Shown here piece after piece: positions 9,590 to 21,503 of a stretch of 64,000 nucleotides of DNA. A model generated the notes under the pieces. The model saw nothing but the letters and a program-made list of their open reading frames with translations, did no database searches and was not told where the DNA came from. Numbering within the stretch: position 1 is the first letter of the stretch; the number at the start of each line of letters is the position of its first letter. Made by a program: the position numbers and the translations under genes. Where the stretch lies: the sequence record OP617745.1; one strand, 5' to 3'.

Positions 9590-10031
9590 AGAACAACATA
9601 AATTTTTATTCAAAATATTGAATTCTTATAAAGTTAATAAGTTCAGTACTAAAAACGTTCACAATCCAAAAATTATTATTATCACAAGGCGATATATAGG
9701 AAATAACAGATTTGAAATACACTTATATAAAGGAACTATTTCATTAGAAATTCAAAGATATGGTATTATTTTATTATTAATTGAGTATAATCCAATTTCT
9801 GACAATATGACGTTATTATTCAATGATAATGAACATTGTTCTGAAATCGTTTATCGTATAAACGATGTGTCGGAAATTCTTGAAGAAGATGGTTATTTTC
9901 AACAAAGTCTTGTACAAAATCTTCCATTGGAATATAATGATTTTTGTAAAATGATAGATGATATCACAACCATCAAAAATTCAATGCTGGAACGTTTTGA
10001 GTTAACAGAGCAAGTGTGCGACAATGACTAA
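9567..10031 (+). CDS. FQxS(T/L) C-terminal-motif family protein
   Basis: LEEDGYFQQSLVQN. Confidence 0.8.
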   Translation: MDTQMISKEQHKFLFKILNSYKVNKFSTKNVHNPKIIIITRRYIGNNRFEIHLYKGTISLEIQRYGIILLLIEYNPISDNMTLLFNDNEHCSEIVYRINDVSEILEEDGYFQQSLVQNLPLEYNDFCKMIDDITTIKNSMLERFELTEQVCDND

Positions 10032-10278
10032 AGTAGTTAGAAAGCGTAGAGTACTGGATAATGATGAATTCAAATCATTAGAGATTCATCGTCAATTGTT
10101 TCACCGTCTTTGTGCTGGTGAGAAACAAATTGTAGTTACTGAAACATATGAAGAACCAGAAAATATTTTCGGTAACTATTTCCCTGTATTCAATTTGTAT
10201 ATTAAACGCGGTCTATTGGAAGTAATTACAATAGATCAGTTACCGGAAGATGAACATGAATTTACTGTTATCAAATAA
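10024..10278 (+). CDS. hypothetical protein
   Basis: Tiled ORF. Confidence 0.7.
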   Translation: MTKVVRKRRVLDNDEFKSLEIHRQLFHRLCAGEKQIVVTETYEEPENIFGNYFPVFNLYIKRGLLEVITIDQLPEDEHEFTVIK

Positions 10279-10339
10279 AGAACCATTAGATCGTGATGAT
10301 GATTTTTATGATGAACGTTATGGTGAATCGGAGGAATAA

Positions 10340-10894
10340 ATGGGATTAGATATCTATAAATGTAAAATTAGTTCTACTAAACAAGAACATGGTTTTATTA
10401 CACGTTCACAAGAAGAGATTGATTCAAATAAATCAATTAAAGAACTATTCCAGAAATATAAAAATTATATCAACATCGGTACTGAAGAATACATTGATAT
10501 TGAACAAAGTTTAATCAAATTTAATCTTTCTGATGAATGGTTTTTATCTGGATATGAGTTCAATGAAGATGAGGATTCATATTATGCAGTATTTGATTGT
10601 ACTCTACCATTGTTCGATTCCGTAAAAGTATTATATAATGAACTCATCACAAAAGATGAAAAAGTTTATACATTATATTACACAGAAATTGGCTATCAAC
10701 GTAGAGATTATAAACCTGGAATCTATGCTGATCTTTGGGGATGTGACCAGGACGATCATGACGGATATTACAGCTTAAATGTAGTAACAGATAATTCAGT
10801 ACTTGAACTTGTTAAAATGTATGCGAATGAAAATTCTCCACTTAGTCAATGGGTACTAAACGATAATGATGAATTTATTATCTTCGATTATTGA
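10340..10894 (+). CDS. hypothetical protein
   Basis: ORF with GGAGG RBS; MGLDIY start common in phage hypotheticals. Confidence 0.75.
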   Translation: MGLDIYKCKISSTKQEHGFITRSQEEIDSNKSIKELFQKYKNYINIGTEEYIDIEQSLIKFNLSDEWFLSGYEFNEDEDSYYAVFDCTLPLFDSVKVLYNELITKDEKVYTLYYTEIGYQRRDYKPGIYADLWGCDQDDHDGYYSLNVVTDNSVLELVKMYANENSPLSQWVLNDNDEFIIFDY

Positions 10895-10924
10895 GATTTC
10901 TAAATAAAATAAAACATAACAAGG

Positions 10925-11818
10925 ATGTTTATGAAACCTATTACAGTACTGTCATTATTCAATGGGATGAGTGTTGGGTATATGGCACTAAAGAATGCTG
11001 GAATTCCAGTACAGAAATATTACTCATCAGAAATTGATAAATTTGCTATTGCTGAATCACAAGCCAACTACCCTGATATTATTCAGTTAGGTGATATAAC
11101 TAAATGGGAAGATTGGGATATCGACTGGGGTAGTATTGACCTACTTATTGGTGGAAGTCCTTGTACTGATGTAAGTTTTGCGGGAAAACAAGAGGGGTTA
11201 GTGAAACCAGATGAAAACGGTGATGGTGGAACACGAAGTGGTTTATTTTATATAATGATTGACATATTCAATCATATTAAATCGATAAATCCAGATTTAA
11301 ATTTTTTATTTGAAAATGTCAAGATGAAAAAAGAACATCTTGAAGAATTTAATAATAATATAGGGGTTGATCCTGTTCTAATCAATTCTGAATTATATAC
11401 TGCTCATTACAGACAGAGATATTACTGGATTAGCTCAAATAAGCTAATTCTCAATCCCACCTACAAAGCCCCCGTACTTCAAGATATTATTGTTAATGCA
11501 TATACTGACAGGAATAAATCATATTGCATTGATGCCAATTACTGGAAAAAGGGGAATATCACACAGTACTTACGCAAATCAAGAAGACAGATTGTTTATC
11601 TAAGAGACGATCATGATTTATTCAGTACTGAAGAAAAAATTAACACATTTAAACTTAATGTTGATTATCGACATTTAACAGTAGATGAAGTATGTTTATT
11701 ACAGGGTGTACCTGTTGGATTTTTTAAAGTAAGTAGTACAACACAAGCATACAAAATGCTAGGTAATGGATGGACATGTCCAGTTATTGAACATCTATTA
11801 AAGGAAATTTTCTTTTAA
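10925..11818 (+). CDS. DNA (cytosine-5) methyltransferase
   Basis: Motifs SLFNG, SEID, GGSPC (catalytic), FENV, RQRYYW, LGNGW. Confidence 0.92.
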   Translation: MFMKPITVLSLFNGMSVGYMALKNAGIPVQKYYSSEIDKFAIAESQANYPDIIQLGDITKWEDWDIDWGSIDLLIGGSPCTDVSFAGKQEGLVKPDENGDGGTRSGLFYIMIDIFNHIKSINPDLNFLFENVKMKKEHLEEFNNNIGVDPVLINSELYTAHYRQRYYWISSNKLILNPTYKAPVLQDIIVNAYTDRNKSYCIDANYWKKGNITQYLRKSRRQIVYLRDDHDLFSTEEKINTFKLNVDYRHLTVDEVCLLQGVPVGFFKVSSTTQAYKMLGNGWTCPVIEHLLKEIFF

Positions 11819-11847
11819 TTAATAATTTAAAATGGAAAATAATATCA

Positions 11848-12057
11848 ATGATTAGTAAAGTATACCCGGATGAAAATATTTCTAACGAAAAGACACAATA
11901 TGCAGTTTATGATTCCTTGACTGATAAAGTACTAACAGAGAGTATTCATTCTTATAAAGCAGATGTTGAAGATTTTATGACACACAAATATGGTGCTGAC
12001 TGGCGTACAACACATGCATTATATAGTATTCGTGAAATTAAAATCATAGTGTTATAA
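11848..12057 (+). CDS. hypothetical protein
   Basis: Tiled ORF. Confidence 0.65.
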   Translation: MISKVYPDENISNEKTQYAVYDSLTDKVLTESIHSYKADVEDFMTHKYGADWRTTHALYSIREIKIIVL

Positions 12058-12061
12058 ACAT

Positions 12062-12088
12062 AAAAATCCACCACATGTGGATTTTTTT
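12062..12088 (+). terminator. intrinsic terminator
   Basis: AAAAATCCAC-CACAT-GTGGATTTTTTT. Confidence 0.75.
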
Positions 12089-12109
12089 CTATTTGAGATT
12101 AAATTAAAC

Positions 12110-12547
12110 ATGCATAATGAAGAAATAATTCATTTTCTTAAATTTTATTTAAAATGTATGAATGCTGTTCAAAAATTAATGGAATGTGAAATGATTAATG
12201 ATTTTAATGATCATTTTGGATATATAAGTACAGATTTATATCCCGTCCCTGTTCGTGCAAAATGGAATTATGATCAAGATGCATATGCAATGCAACTGGA
12301 TTTTGATTTATTCGGACTTCCATCTAAATTTAATATAGGAACTATTTGTTTTGATAAAAATGATGGTTTGATTTTAATTTGTTATAACAATAAAACAGAA
12401 GTTGATTTAAAATACAGAGAATGGTTAACCGAAGAATCGTTTTTTCAGTCCTCGTTAATATATGATTTTGGTAGTACTGATTTACAGTACTGGAAAAAAT
12501 GCATTGATTTATTTGAAAAGATTGAAGGAGTAATGACAGGTGTTTAA
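12110..12547 (+). CDS. FQxS(T/L) C-terminal-motif family protein
   Basis: WLTEESFFQSSLIYDF.STDLQYWKKC; close paralog of 23195..23644; start moved past terminator. Confidence 0.8.
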   Translation: MHNEEIIHFLKFYLKCMNAVQKLMECEMINDFNDHFGYISTDLYPVPVRAKWNYDQDAYAMQLDFDLFGLPSKFNIGTICFDKNDGLILICYNNKTEVDLKYREWLTEESFFQSSLIYDFGSTDLQYWKKCIDLFEKIEGVMTGV

Positions 12548-12935
12548 AATAAAACTAATTTATACCACCGGTGATACATTCGAAACACGTGAAGTAGAAA
12601 GATTTATTAATTGCGAATGGGATACAGAAGAGAAAGCTATTCATGAAATGAATAAAATCCGAGAGCACTGGATTTTCAATAAAAAAATTAGTTCTACTCG
12701 TGATAAAGGCACAAAGAAGAGATTGGTATCACAAGCTATTATGCAATCATGGTATAAACCTGGTAATTCTGAATATACTATGCTGCTAGTTGATAATGAT
12801 GGGAATTCTTTTGAGATGTATGCTGCATGGTTAGGGTATTTTGAAATTCTTCATAGTACTGAAGTAGTCAATACAAACCAATTAGACAACTATATTGATT
12901 TCGATGAATTAAGATCAAACATGGGATTGTGGTAA
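12540..12935 (+). CDS. hypothetical protein
   Basis: Tiled ORF. Confidence 0.75.
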   Translation: MFKIKLIYTTGDTFETREVERFINCEWDTEEKAIHEMNKIREHWIFNKKISSTRDKGTKKRLVSQAIMQSWYKPGNSEYTMLLVDNDGNSFEMYAAWLGYFEILHSTEVVNTNQLDNYIDFDELRSNMGLW

Positions 12936-13369
12936 TGAATGGTCCAACTGTACTAAAAATCCTTCGTAAATTTAAACACCCAATATTGGTCGGTCGCTGG
13001 AAATCATTAAAAGAAAATAAAAATACCGACGATCAAAAAAATATCAATTATAGATGGTATTGGGATTATTCTAAAGATTATGGTGATTCACTTTGTGTAA
13101 AAATTAAATTCAATAATCATAATAAATGGTCTAGAGATAAAAAATATATATATTCATATGATATTCACTTATCAAAGGAACATGTATTTATTTTTCATAG
13201 AAGTTACAACAAATTTTCAACTAAACATTATGTACTATTTTCTATAAATGAATTATATGAAGATTTAGAAAGTGTGTTATTTCAACAATCGCTGATGACT
13301 TCTACTGGTATGATGAGTACACAAGAAATCGAAGTAATAAGAGAATTAAAAGATATGTATTTTCCATAA
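12929..13369 (+). CDS. FQxS(T/L) C-terminal-motif family protein
   Basis: LESVLFQQSLM. Confidence 0.7.
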   Translation: MVMNGPTVLKILRKFKHPILVGRWKSLKENKNTDDQKNINYRWYWDYSKDYGDSLCVKIKFNNHNKWSRDKKYIYSYDIHLSKEHVFIFHRSYNKFSTKHYVLFSINELYEDLESVLFQQSLMTSTGMMSTQEIEVIRELKDMYFP

Positions 13370-13388
13370 TACAAATTGAGGATAATAA

Positions 13389-13916
13389 ATGTTTGGTATT
13401 TTATATAAATGCAATGATGGTAGAGACTATTATTGTACTTCTTCGAGATTTGCTCATTTCTCAGAAGATATTGAATCGATTGCTGAATTTGCACAACAAA
13501 AAACTGCTGAAAAAATTGCAAACCATTTTACCAAAACAAATGATTTTGAAGAATTATATGGTACTGGTAAATTGTTAGTGATTAAAGTAGTTAAAGTTCC
13601 TTTAAGTCTAAAGGAAATTCCATTGATTAAACTAAAATCTGGATACCGAATTTATTCAGAAGAAAATGATGAATATTATAGTGGTAATAAAAATCCAAAA
13701 AGTTTCAATCATTTAAATCTTGATGATTTACATTGTAGTACTGTTTATAAGTCAGAAAAAGAAGCACAAAAAACGATTGATGCTATGATTAAAGAATTTT
13801 ATGATTATGCATTCAACACTTATGAACCAGGTCATAATCGTTATGAATATCATGTAAAGATGTATGAAACAGATTACATGATTGCTTCTAAATTAAAAAT
13901 TGTTTATATTGAATAA
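13389..13916 (+). CDS. hypothetical protein
   Basis: ORF with GAGG RBS. Confidence 0.75.
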   Translation: MFGILYKCNDGRDYYCTSSRFAHFSEDIESIAEFAQQKTAEKIANHFTKTNDFEELYGTGKLLVIKVVKVPLSLKEIPLIKLKSGYRIYSEENDEYYSGNKNPKSFNHLNLDDLHCSTVYKSEKEAQKTIDAMIKEFYDYAFNTYEPGHNRYEYHVKMYETDYMIASKLKIVYIE

Positions 13917-13924
13917 AAAAAGCT

Positions 13925-13953
13925 TGACATATAAATTGACAATGATATAATAA
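13925..13953 (+). promoter_or_regulatory. sigma70-like promoter
   Basis: TTGACA...TGATATAAT. Confidence 0.7.
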
Positions 13954-13981
13954 TTGCAAATCAACCAAAGAGTGAATTTGT

Positions 13982-14221
13982 ATGAAATATTATAATGGCT
14001 TTAGTGATATTGGTGTAAAGTTTGAAAATGGCAAAGGATACTATTTCCACGGTATGTCACCGTGGATTGAAACCAATGTATCTGAAGGATTAATTAAGTC
14101 CCTTGCATACTATAAAAAACTTAATGAATATGATATTCCTATGCGTGAAAAATCATCATTCAGTACTTCAATCGTTGATAACAAAGATCTTCTTATGGAG
14201 AAATTTAATGCCTTATCGTAA
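13982..14221 (+). CDS. hypothetical protein
   Basis: ORF after promoter. Confidence 0.7.
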   Translation: MKYYNGFSDIGVKFENGKGYYFHGMSPWIETNVSEGLIKSLAYYKKLNEYDIPMREKSSFSTSIVDNKDLLMEKFNALS

Positions 14222-14366
14222 AAGTCGTGGTAAAATGAATCCTGAAACAAAAGCTGCATTAATTAATACGATGCTGATCGGAACAAATTATCATTGCATT
14301 GTTGTTAATGGTGAAGTACATAAAATTAATGTCAAAGAAATCATTGACGAGCGTCCTGATCTTTGA
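14208..14366 (+). CDS. hypothetical protein
   Basis: GGAG RBS before ATG 14208. Confidence 0.6.
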   Translation: MPYRKSRGKMNPETKAALINTMLIGTNYHCIVVNGEVHKINVKEIIDERPDL

Positions 14367-14417
14367 TATAATCGTTTACACCATATAATACTGATACTAT
14401 TAATTAAAGGAAATACC

Positions 14418-14849
14418 ATGAAATCTAAAATTCAGATGCGTCGTGCCAAACATATGATTGCTATTTGGTTAAAACCCGGTGATAAAGAATCATTAAAAGA
14501 TGCATTTGATACTGCTAAACGTTGCTGGAATCGTTCTTCACAACGTGTATTGAAAACATGGGCTAAGGAACTCTATAAGAATCCCGAACGTTATGAATTC
14601 ACTGGTATGGCACATAAAGAGTTGAAATTGGAAGATTTCTTCACTGAAGATGATTGTCAATATGTACTTGATACGGTACAAGAACATGTATCAAGTAGTG
14701 ACAAACATTATGCTATTCGTAGTATTATCCAGCACAAATGGGTTTATGGACTAAGCACTGATTACGCTATCCAATATGGCTTAGAAGCATACTTTGGCAA
14801 AGGTTTAAAATTTCGCCCTAAACGTCCAGTACTGAAAGGTATCAAATAA
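14418..14849 (+). CDS. hypothetical protein
   Basis: ORF with AAGGA RBS. Confidence 0.75.
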   Translation: MKSKIQMRRAKHMIAIWLKPGDKESLKDAFDTAKRCWNRSSQRVLKTWAKELYKNPERYEFTGMAHKELKLEDFFTEDDCQYVLDTVQEHVSSSDKHYAIRSIIQHKWVYGLSTDYAIQYGLEAYFGKGLKFRPKRPVLKGIK

Positions 14850-15211
14850 TGAAACAATATGCTATCAAATATAAACCCAATGGGAAAATCATTTCTTTGT
14901 ATAATACAAAAGAAGCTGCATTGGAACGTTGTAAGTTTATTGGTGGTGATTCTAATGTATTTGGTGTATTTGAAGTATTTGTATATTTTGACCGTTATGA
15001 TTCATCATATGAATGGATCGGTGTAGTACTGAAATCTAATAATACTGTATTGAATATCTTTGCTGATACTGGTGAAATTTCTAATAGTTGCCAGTACTTA
15101 ATTAAAAACAAGCATTGCTATACCAAAAAAGTACAGATCCGTACTAATGGAAAAGAAATCAAAGCACCAAAAGTCAAAAAAGATGAGTTTTCATTTGAGG
15201 AGATTAAATAA
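14849..15211 (+). CDS. hypothetical protein
   Basis: TAATG coupling. Confidence 0.75.
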   Translation: MKQYAIKYKPNGKIISLYNTKEAALERCKFIGGDSNVFGVFEVFVYFDRYDSSYEWIGVVLKSNNTVLNIFADTGEISNSCQYLIKNKHCYTKKVQIRTNGKEIKAPKVKKDEFSFEEIK

Positions 15212-15753
15212 TGGCTGGTATTGAAAAAGTTTGTGAATATAGTGGTGAATATCCGGGCGGTTTAATGTATGGATATAAGCGTAATCATATTCAGGTTATT
15301 CCAAAATATCGCAAAGAATTTCGTGGTAAGAAAGCAACACTGCACGTATTTAAAAATGGTTTAAAAGAAGTATATAAATGTGGTGCACGAAGTGATGCAG
15401 AACTCAAATGCATAAATCCTAATCCATCTGAAGAGAATTGGGATAATCATGAGTACTATCGAATGGGTAAACGTACTCCCTGGGGAAAACCAGAAGTTTA
15501 TGGTGTGTTCTTTGAAAATATCAAAGAATATAAAAATGCATTGAAGCAATATCATCAACGCCTTCTAATGGAATATGCTTATATTCTTGAAGTTCCAGAA
15601 GTTCAAGGCGAAGTCAATGGTTTGTACAGTAATTACAGTACAGATCTGACTTCGGTAAAACGCCGTATGCGTCGTTTGGTTGGACGAAAAAACTTGACAA
15701 TCATTTATCATGATTGTACAATGTACGAATTCTATGAATCATTGGGGTATTAA
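15211..15753 (+). CDS. hypothetical protein
   Basis: TAATG coupling. Confidence 0.75.
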   Translation: MAGIEKVCEYSGEYPGGLMYGYKRNHIQVIPKYRKEFRGKKATLHVFKNGLKEVYKCGARSDAELKCINPNPSEENWDNHEYYRMGKRTPWGKPEVYGVFFENIKEYKNALKQYHQRLLMEYAYILEVPEVQGEVNGLYSNYSTDLTSVKRRMRRLVGRKNLTIIYHDCTMYEFYESLGY

Positions 15754-15754
15754 T

Positions 15755-16021
15755 ATGAAAAAGATTATCATTGCAGCATTGCTCTGTACTCTAACTGGAG
15801 TAGTATCCAGTACAGCAAATGCTTCTCTTCTTGGTAATAACAACAATAAAGAAGAGCAAAAAGGAAAATACCATATTACATGTTGGCATCCAAATGGTAG
15901 TGAATACGTAAATCGTGATATTAAAGACTTTTATTCTTATAATTCTTTACTATTGAAGATTATCAATTTAAATGATAGTGTTGACTATGTTAATAGTGAA
16001 TGTTATATTGAAAAATATTAA
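15755..16021 (+). CDS. exported hypothetical protein
   Basis: Signal peptide MKKIIIAALLCTLTGVVSSTANA. Confidence 0.7.
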   Translation: MKKIIIAALLCTLTGVVSSTANASLLGNNNNKEEQKGKYHITCWHPNGSEYVNRDIKDFYSYNSLLLKIINLNDSVDYVNSECYIEKY

Positions 16022-16037
16022 TTCTATTTCGAGAAAT

Positions 16038-16211
16038 ATGGTTTGGTTAATACAATCGATATTTATTACTATATTGACATTGTTGATTTTATTTACACCA
16101 TCCATGATATATGTATATTTTGGTGGTAGTGATCCAAATATTGAATTTTCATGCAGAGTATTGGGATTTATTATTTGGTTGACCATTCTTTTATATATAA
16201 TGAGAAAATAA
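16038..16211 (+). CDS. small membrane protein
   Basis: Two TM segments. Confidence 0.55.
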   Translation: MVWLIQSIFITILTLLILFTPSMIYVYFGGSDPNIEFSCRVLGFIIWLTILLYIMRK

Positions 16212-16212
16212 T

Positions 16213-17042
<830 letters not shown>

Positions 17043-17046
<4 letters not shown>

Positions 17047-17315
17047 AAATTTTAAAACTTCGTGTATCTGATTTTAGTTCAGAAATTTATGTTGGTAACG
17101 ATTTTAGCCCAGATCCTCTCGAAATGCTTGAAAAGATTCGCACTGCTGGTGCTATTGGGACTGAAACAGATCGTACAATGCATTTTATTACTGAATCTAA
17201 AGATAAATTCGAAAAAGCACAAGAAGATGTAAAAAAGCTCTTGACAAAGAATGGTTATGTACTATATAATCCATGTACTGTCCTGATTGATTGTAAGACT
17301 GAGAAGAGAAAATAA
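17043..17315 (+). CDS. hypothetical protein
   Basis: ATGA overlap. Confidence 0.7.
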
Positions 17316-17316
17316 T

Positions 17317-17613
17317 ATGTCAGAATTGCAAGAAAAATACATCTCTCTTAAAAAAGAACTCAACTCTGCTAAAGAGCAGAAAGAAAAATTGCTACCGCGT
17401 TATAAAGAACTCAATGAACTAGATAACAACGGGTATAGTGTTGCACTAAATGACTTAGTAAATAAACGTACCAAAGCAGAAGAACGTGAGTTCAATAACC
17501 TAAGCAAAAATATTAGTGCATTAAATAGCAAAATCACTGGATTGCAGAAAACGATCATCAAACTCGGTTCTGAAATCCTTGAAGAAATCACTAAAAAAGC
17601 TGAACAAAATTAA
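17317..17613 (+). CDS. coiled-coil hypothetical protein
   Basis: Heptad-rich sequence. Confidence 0.7.
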   Translation: MSELQEKYISLKKELNSAKEQKEKLLPRYKELNELDNNGYSVALNDLVNKRTKAEEREFNNLSKNISALNSKITGLQKTIIKLGSEILEEITKKAEQN

Positions 17614-17669
17614 TTTTTAGTGATATAATATAAACATCAGTAAAAAAAGCTGATAAACATGGCGTCTCA

Positions 17670-17915
17670 ATGAAGAGACATTCTATAAAAGAAACAAAAA
17701 AGGGTTATACAACAATGGCTAATGAAGTAAACAACAACGAACTAATCGATATCACCGATGTTGAACGTACTGAAAACTACATTCAGTTCCAAATCTCTCA
17801 AGCAGAATCGATGTTGGAAGAACATCATCGCATTGGTTCCAGGCCATTTATTTTCCACCACATAGTGACGTGGAAGAAAAATCTTCAATCTGAGCTTGAT
17901 GCTCTTCGTAAGTAA
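17670..17915 (+). CDS. hypothetical protein
   Basis: ORF followed by hairpin terminator; start may be 17715. Confidence 0.65.
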   Translation: MKRHSIKETKKGYTTMANEVNNNELIDITDVERTENYIQFQISQAESMLEEHHRIGSRPFIFHHIVTWKKNLQSELDALRK

Positions 17916-17994
17916 TATCAAATCAAGCCACTACGTATATGTAGTGGCTATTATTTTAAGTACATGTTTAAGTACATTACAAAGGTGAATTATC

Positions 17995-18498
<504 letters not shown>

Positions 18499-18526
18499 TA
18501 TTTTATAATAAAAAGGGATATTTTAT

Positions 18527-18772
18527 ATGAATGAAAAAATTGTAAAACTAAACACTTTACTACAAGAAATTGTAGATCTAAGTTCTCACATGGATGATAC
18601 ACATATTCATATGGTTGAGGAATTATGTTCATCTGTACTTGCAGTATTTGCTGATCATGATTATGTTCCTATGGTACACGTAGAGGCACCTGAAGAAGAC
18701 GGCGAAACTGAAATTTCTCCTGGTGTATTTGCTGTTCGCAAGGACAATAAAATTACGATTGTTAAAAAATAA
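18527..18772 (+). CDS. hypothetical protein
   Basis: ORF followed by hairpin. Confidence 0.7.
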   Translation: MNEKIVKLNTLLQEIVDLSSHMDDTHIHMVEELCSSVLAVFADHDYVPMVHVEAPEEDGETEISPGVFAVRKDNKITIVKK

Positions 18773-18805
18773 TATTAAGGAGACTACTAATAGTCTCCTT
18801 TATTT

Positions 18806-19704
<899 letters not shown>

Positions 19705-19706
19705 AT

Positions 19707-19913
19707 ATGCATGTAAAAATTAACCCAGAAAAGAACTTTTATAATGAAGTATTCGGTTCTGAAGATTTAGTACGTCATTTTCCTGAATTAGAAACAACTG
19801 GCGTCGAAGTTTATTATGATGGTGACTTGTATCATATCATTAAAGATGGTAAACTAGCTGGAGATTGCTGTTTCTTTGATGAAGAAGAAATGGAACATCT
19901 TACCATTCTATAA
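19707..19913 (+). CDS. hypothetical protein
   Basis: Tiled ORF. Confidence 0.7.
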   Translation: MHVKINPEKNFYNEVFGSEDLVRHFPELETTGVEVYYDGDLYHIIKDGKLAGDCCFFDEEEMEHLTIL

Positions 19914-19920
19914 ATAAAAA

Positions 19921-20410
19921 ATGGAGGCGACTGTATTCAGTACTGAATCAATTGATCGTTGCGTAATCAGATTCAGTTAGCGTAGTATTAGCTGGGACGC
20001 GTACTTGTGAGCCGCAACCACAACGTACTTAAAATCCAACGCGTGGAGGGTAAGCATTCTGTACTGAATAGCAGAAGGGCTACAAAAACTTATACTTCAA
20101 AAAGGTTCGGGAAGTATTCGTAATAAACCGTTTAATCGTCTTATCAGTGCTATGAACAACCAATATATTTGTGGTGGATATTATTGGACTCAAGTAGATG
20201 ATGTTATCTTTGTACGCTTTCTAACCAAAAGGTCAGATAATAAAAATGTAAGAAAATTTCAGTACTGATAGCTGGAACCTTACTATAGTAAAAAGACCTG
20301 ATATGACTCGCTTAGGTCTTTAAATTATATAATGCGAGGGACGCTACGCCTTAGTTTAGGGCTAAATCGTAAGGATTGAGTACTAAACCGCCTTGAGAGT
20401 CCCAAGGCAA
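19921..20410 (+). ncRNA. large structured non-coding RNA candidate (~490 nt)
   Basis: No ORF >=60 aa, raised GC, nested helices TATTCAGTAC/GTACTGAATA, TATCAGTGCT/AGTACTGATA, AAGACCTGA/TTAGGTCTT, GCCTTG/CAAGGC. Confidence 0.6.
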
Positions 20411-20559
20411 CTTTTAATTTAAACAAATTTGTACAAAACACAAAAAGGTGATATAATGATTCTATCTGAAGAAGATTGGGGTGTTTATCCTAAAGACGAA
20501 TTTGATGGATTTTAATAAAAAATCTTGAACAAAAACAAAATAATGTGATATAATATTAG

Positions 20560-20687
20560 TACTGAATGAGGATAGGTGCAGTTGGTGAGATACCGCATGA
20601 GAAATCATAGACACCGTAGAAAGCGAAGGGCTTGGTGAGCGACGGCAATAGACAAGCATAGTAGAGGCTTGAAGAACTCATTTAGTA
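20560..20687 (+). ncRNA. structured RNA, copy 1 of duplicated motif
   Basis: Starts just after TTGAAC..TATAAT promoter; 11-bp closing stem TACTGAATGAG/CTCATTTAGTA; homologous to 21287..21386. Confidence 0.7.
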
Positions 20688-20792
20688 TTTTTTAATTTAA
20701 AGAATTATGCATTAGTTGTTTTAAATCAGTAAAACACCGAAGATGTAAGTACTATGTAGTATGTCAAAATCAAATATAATAAGAGTATACAT

Positions 20793-21266
20793 ATGAAAGT
20801 CAAATTGGGAAGTACTATCAAAGCAGGTTATACTGTTTCAGTTACAACGTGGGAAAATGATGGAGATAATTATCAAACAAATGACATTGTAGGTTTATCT
20901 AAAGAAGATGCCAAAATGTTTATTGATACTTTACCCATTTTTAAATCCGTTAATAGTAAAAAGAAAGGTCTTGGAAACAAAGAACTTAATATTAACCAGT
21001 ACTTGGGTAAGTTCGAAGACCTAATCAATAACAATATTATCACAGTGTCATTTGCTGAAAAATATTTTGGTTATATTAACCCAAATAGTGATTATGATGA
21101 AGATGAACAACAAGACACGATTATTGAAGCATTGTCTGAAATTCTAGGATATCCAGTTGAATACGATTATGGTTTTATCAGAGTCTTTGAAAAAGTTCAA
21201 GTACTCTTCTTCGATGAAGATACTGTAATTCCTTCAGGTTCGAAAGTAGACACCAGTACTTTATAA
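20793..21266 (+). CDS. hypothetical protein
   Basis: 157-aa ORF, TWENDGDNY motif. Confidence 0.8.
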   Translation: MKVKLGSTIKAGYTVSVTTWENDGDNYQTNDIVGLSKEDAKMFIDTLPIFKSVNSKKKGLGNKELNINQYLGKFEDLINNNIITVSFAEKYFGYINPNSDYDEDEQQDTIIEALSEILGYPVEYDYGFIRVFEKVQVLFFDEDTVIPSGSKVDTSTL

Positions 21267-21286
21267 CATATAAAATACAGAACAAA

Positions 21287-21386
21287 TACTGAATGAGGAT
21301 AGGTCATTGTGACCGGATGAAGTGAAAGGCTTGGTTAGCGACGGCAAAACCCAACCGTAGTAGAAGCTCTAGGAACTTATTCAGTA
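21287..21386 (+). ncRNA. structured RNA, copy 2 of duplicated motif
   Basis: TACTGAATGAG/CTTATTCAGTA closing stem; shared core GGCTTGGT.AGCGACGGCAA...TAGTAGA.GCT. Confidence 0.7.
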
Positions 21387-21407
21387 CATTTTAATTTAAA
21401 GAATTAT

Positions 21408-21503
21408 GCGGGTGTGGCGGTATTGGTTGTACGCAAAGGTCTTAAAAACCTTCAGAGGGCTTAAAATGCATTCCTCTTGTGAGTTCGAATCTCATCACCC
21501 GTA
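21408..21503 (+). tRNA. tRNA-Leu (UAA)
   Basis: GCGGGTG/CACCCGT acceptor, AAGGT-CTTAAAA-ACCTT anticodon arm, long variable arm, GTTCGAATC T-loop; CCA not encoded. Confidence 0.92.

Noticed and set aside
19921-20410. tmRNA or RNase P RNA
   Set aside because: No GGGGNTG..ATTCGAC 5' end, no T arm/CCA 3' end, no tag ORF, and no GAGGAAAGTCC-type RNase P core visible.
20456-20515. 19-aa MILSEE.. micro-ORF resembling the MILS(K/N)EE family
   Set aside because: The start overlaps a -10 box, there is no RBS, and it is too short to support homology.
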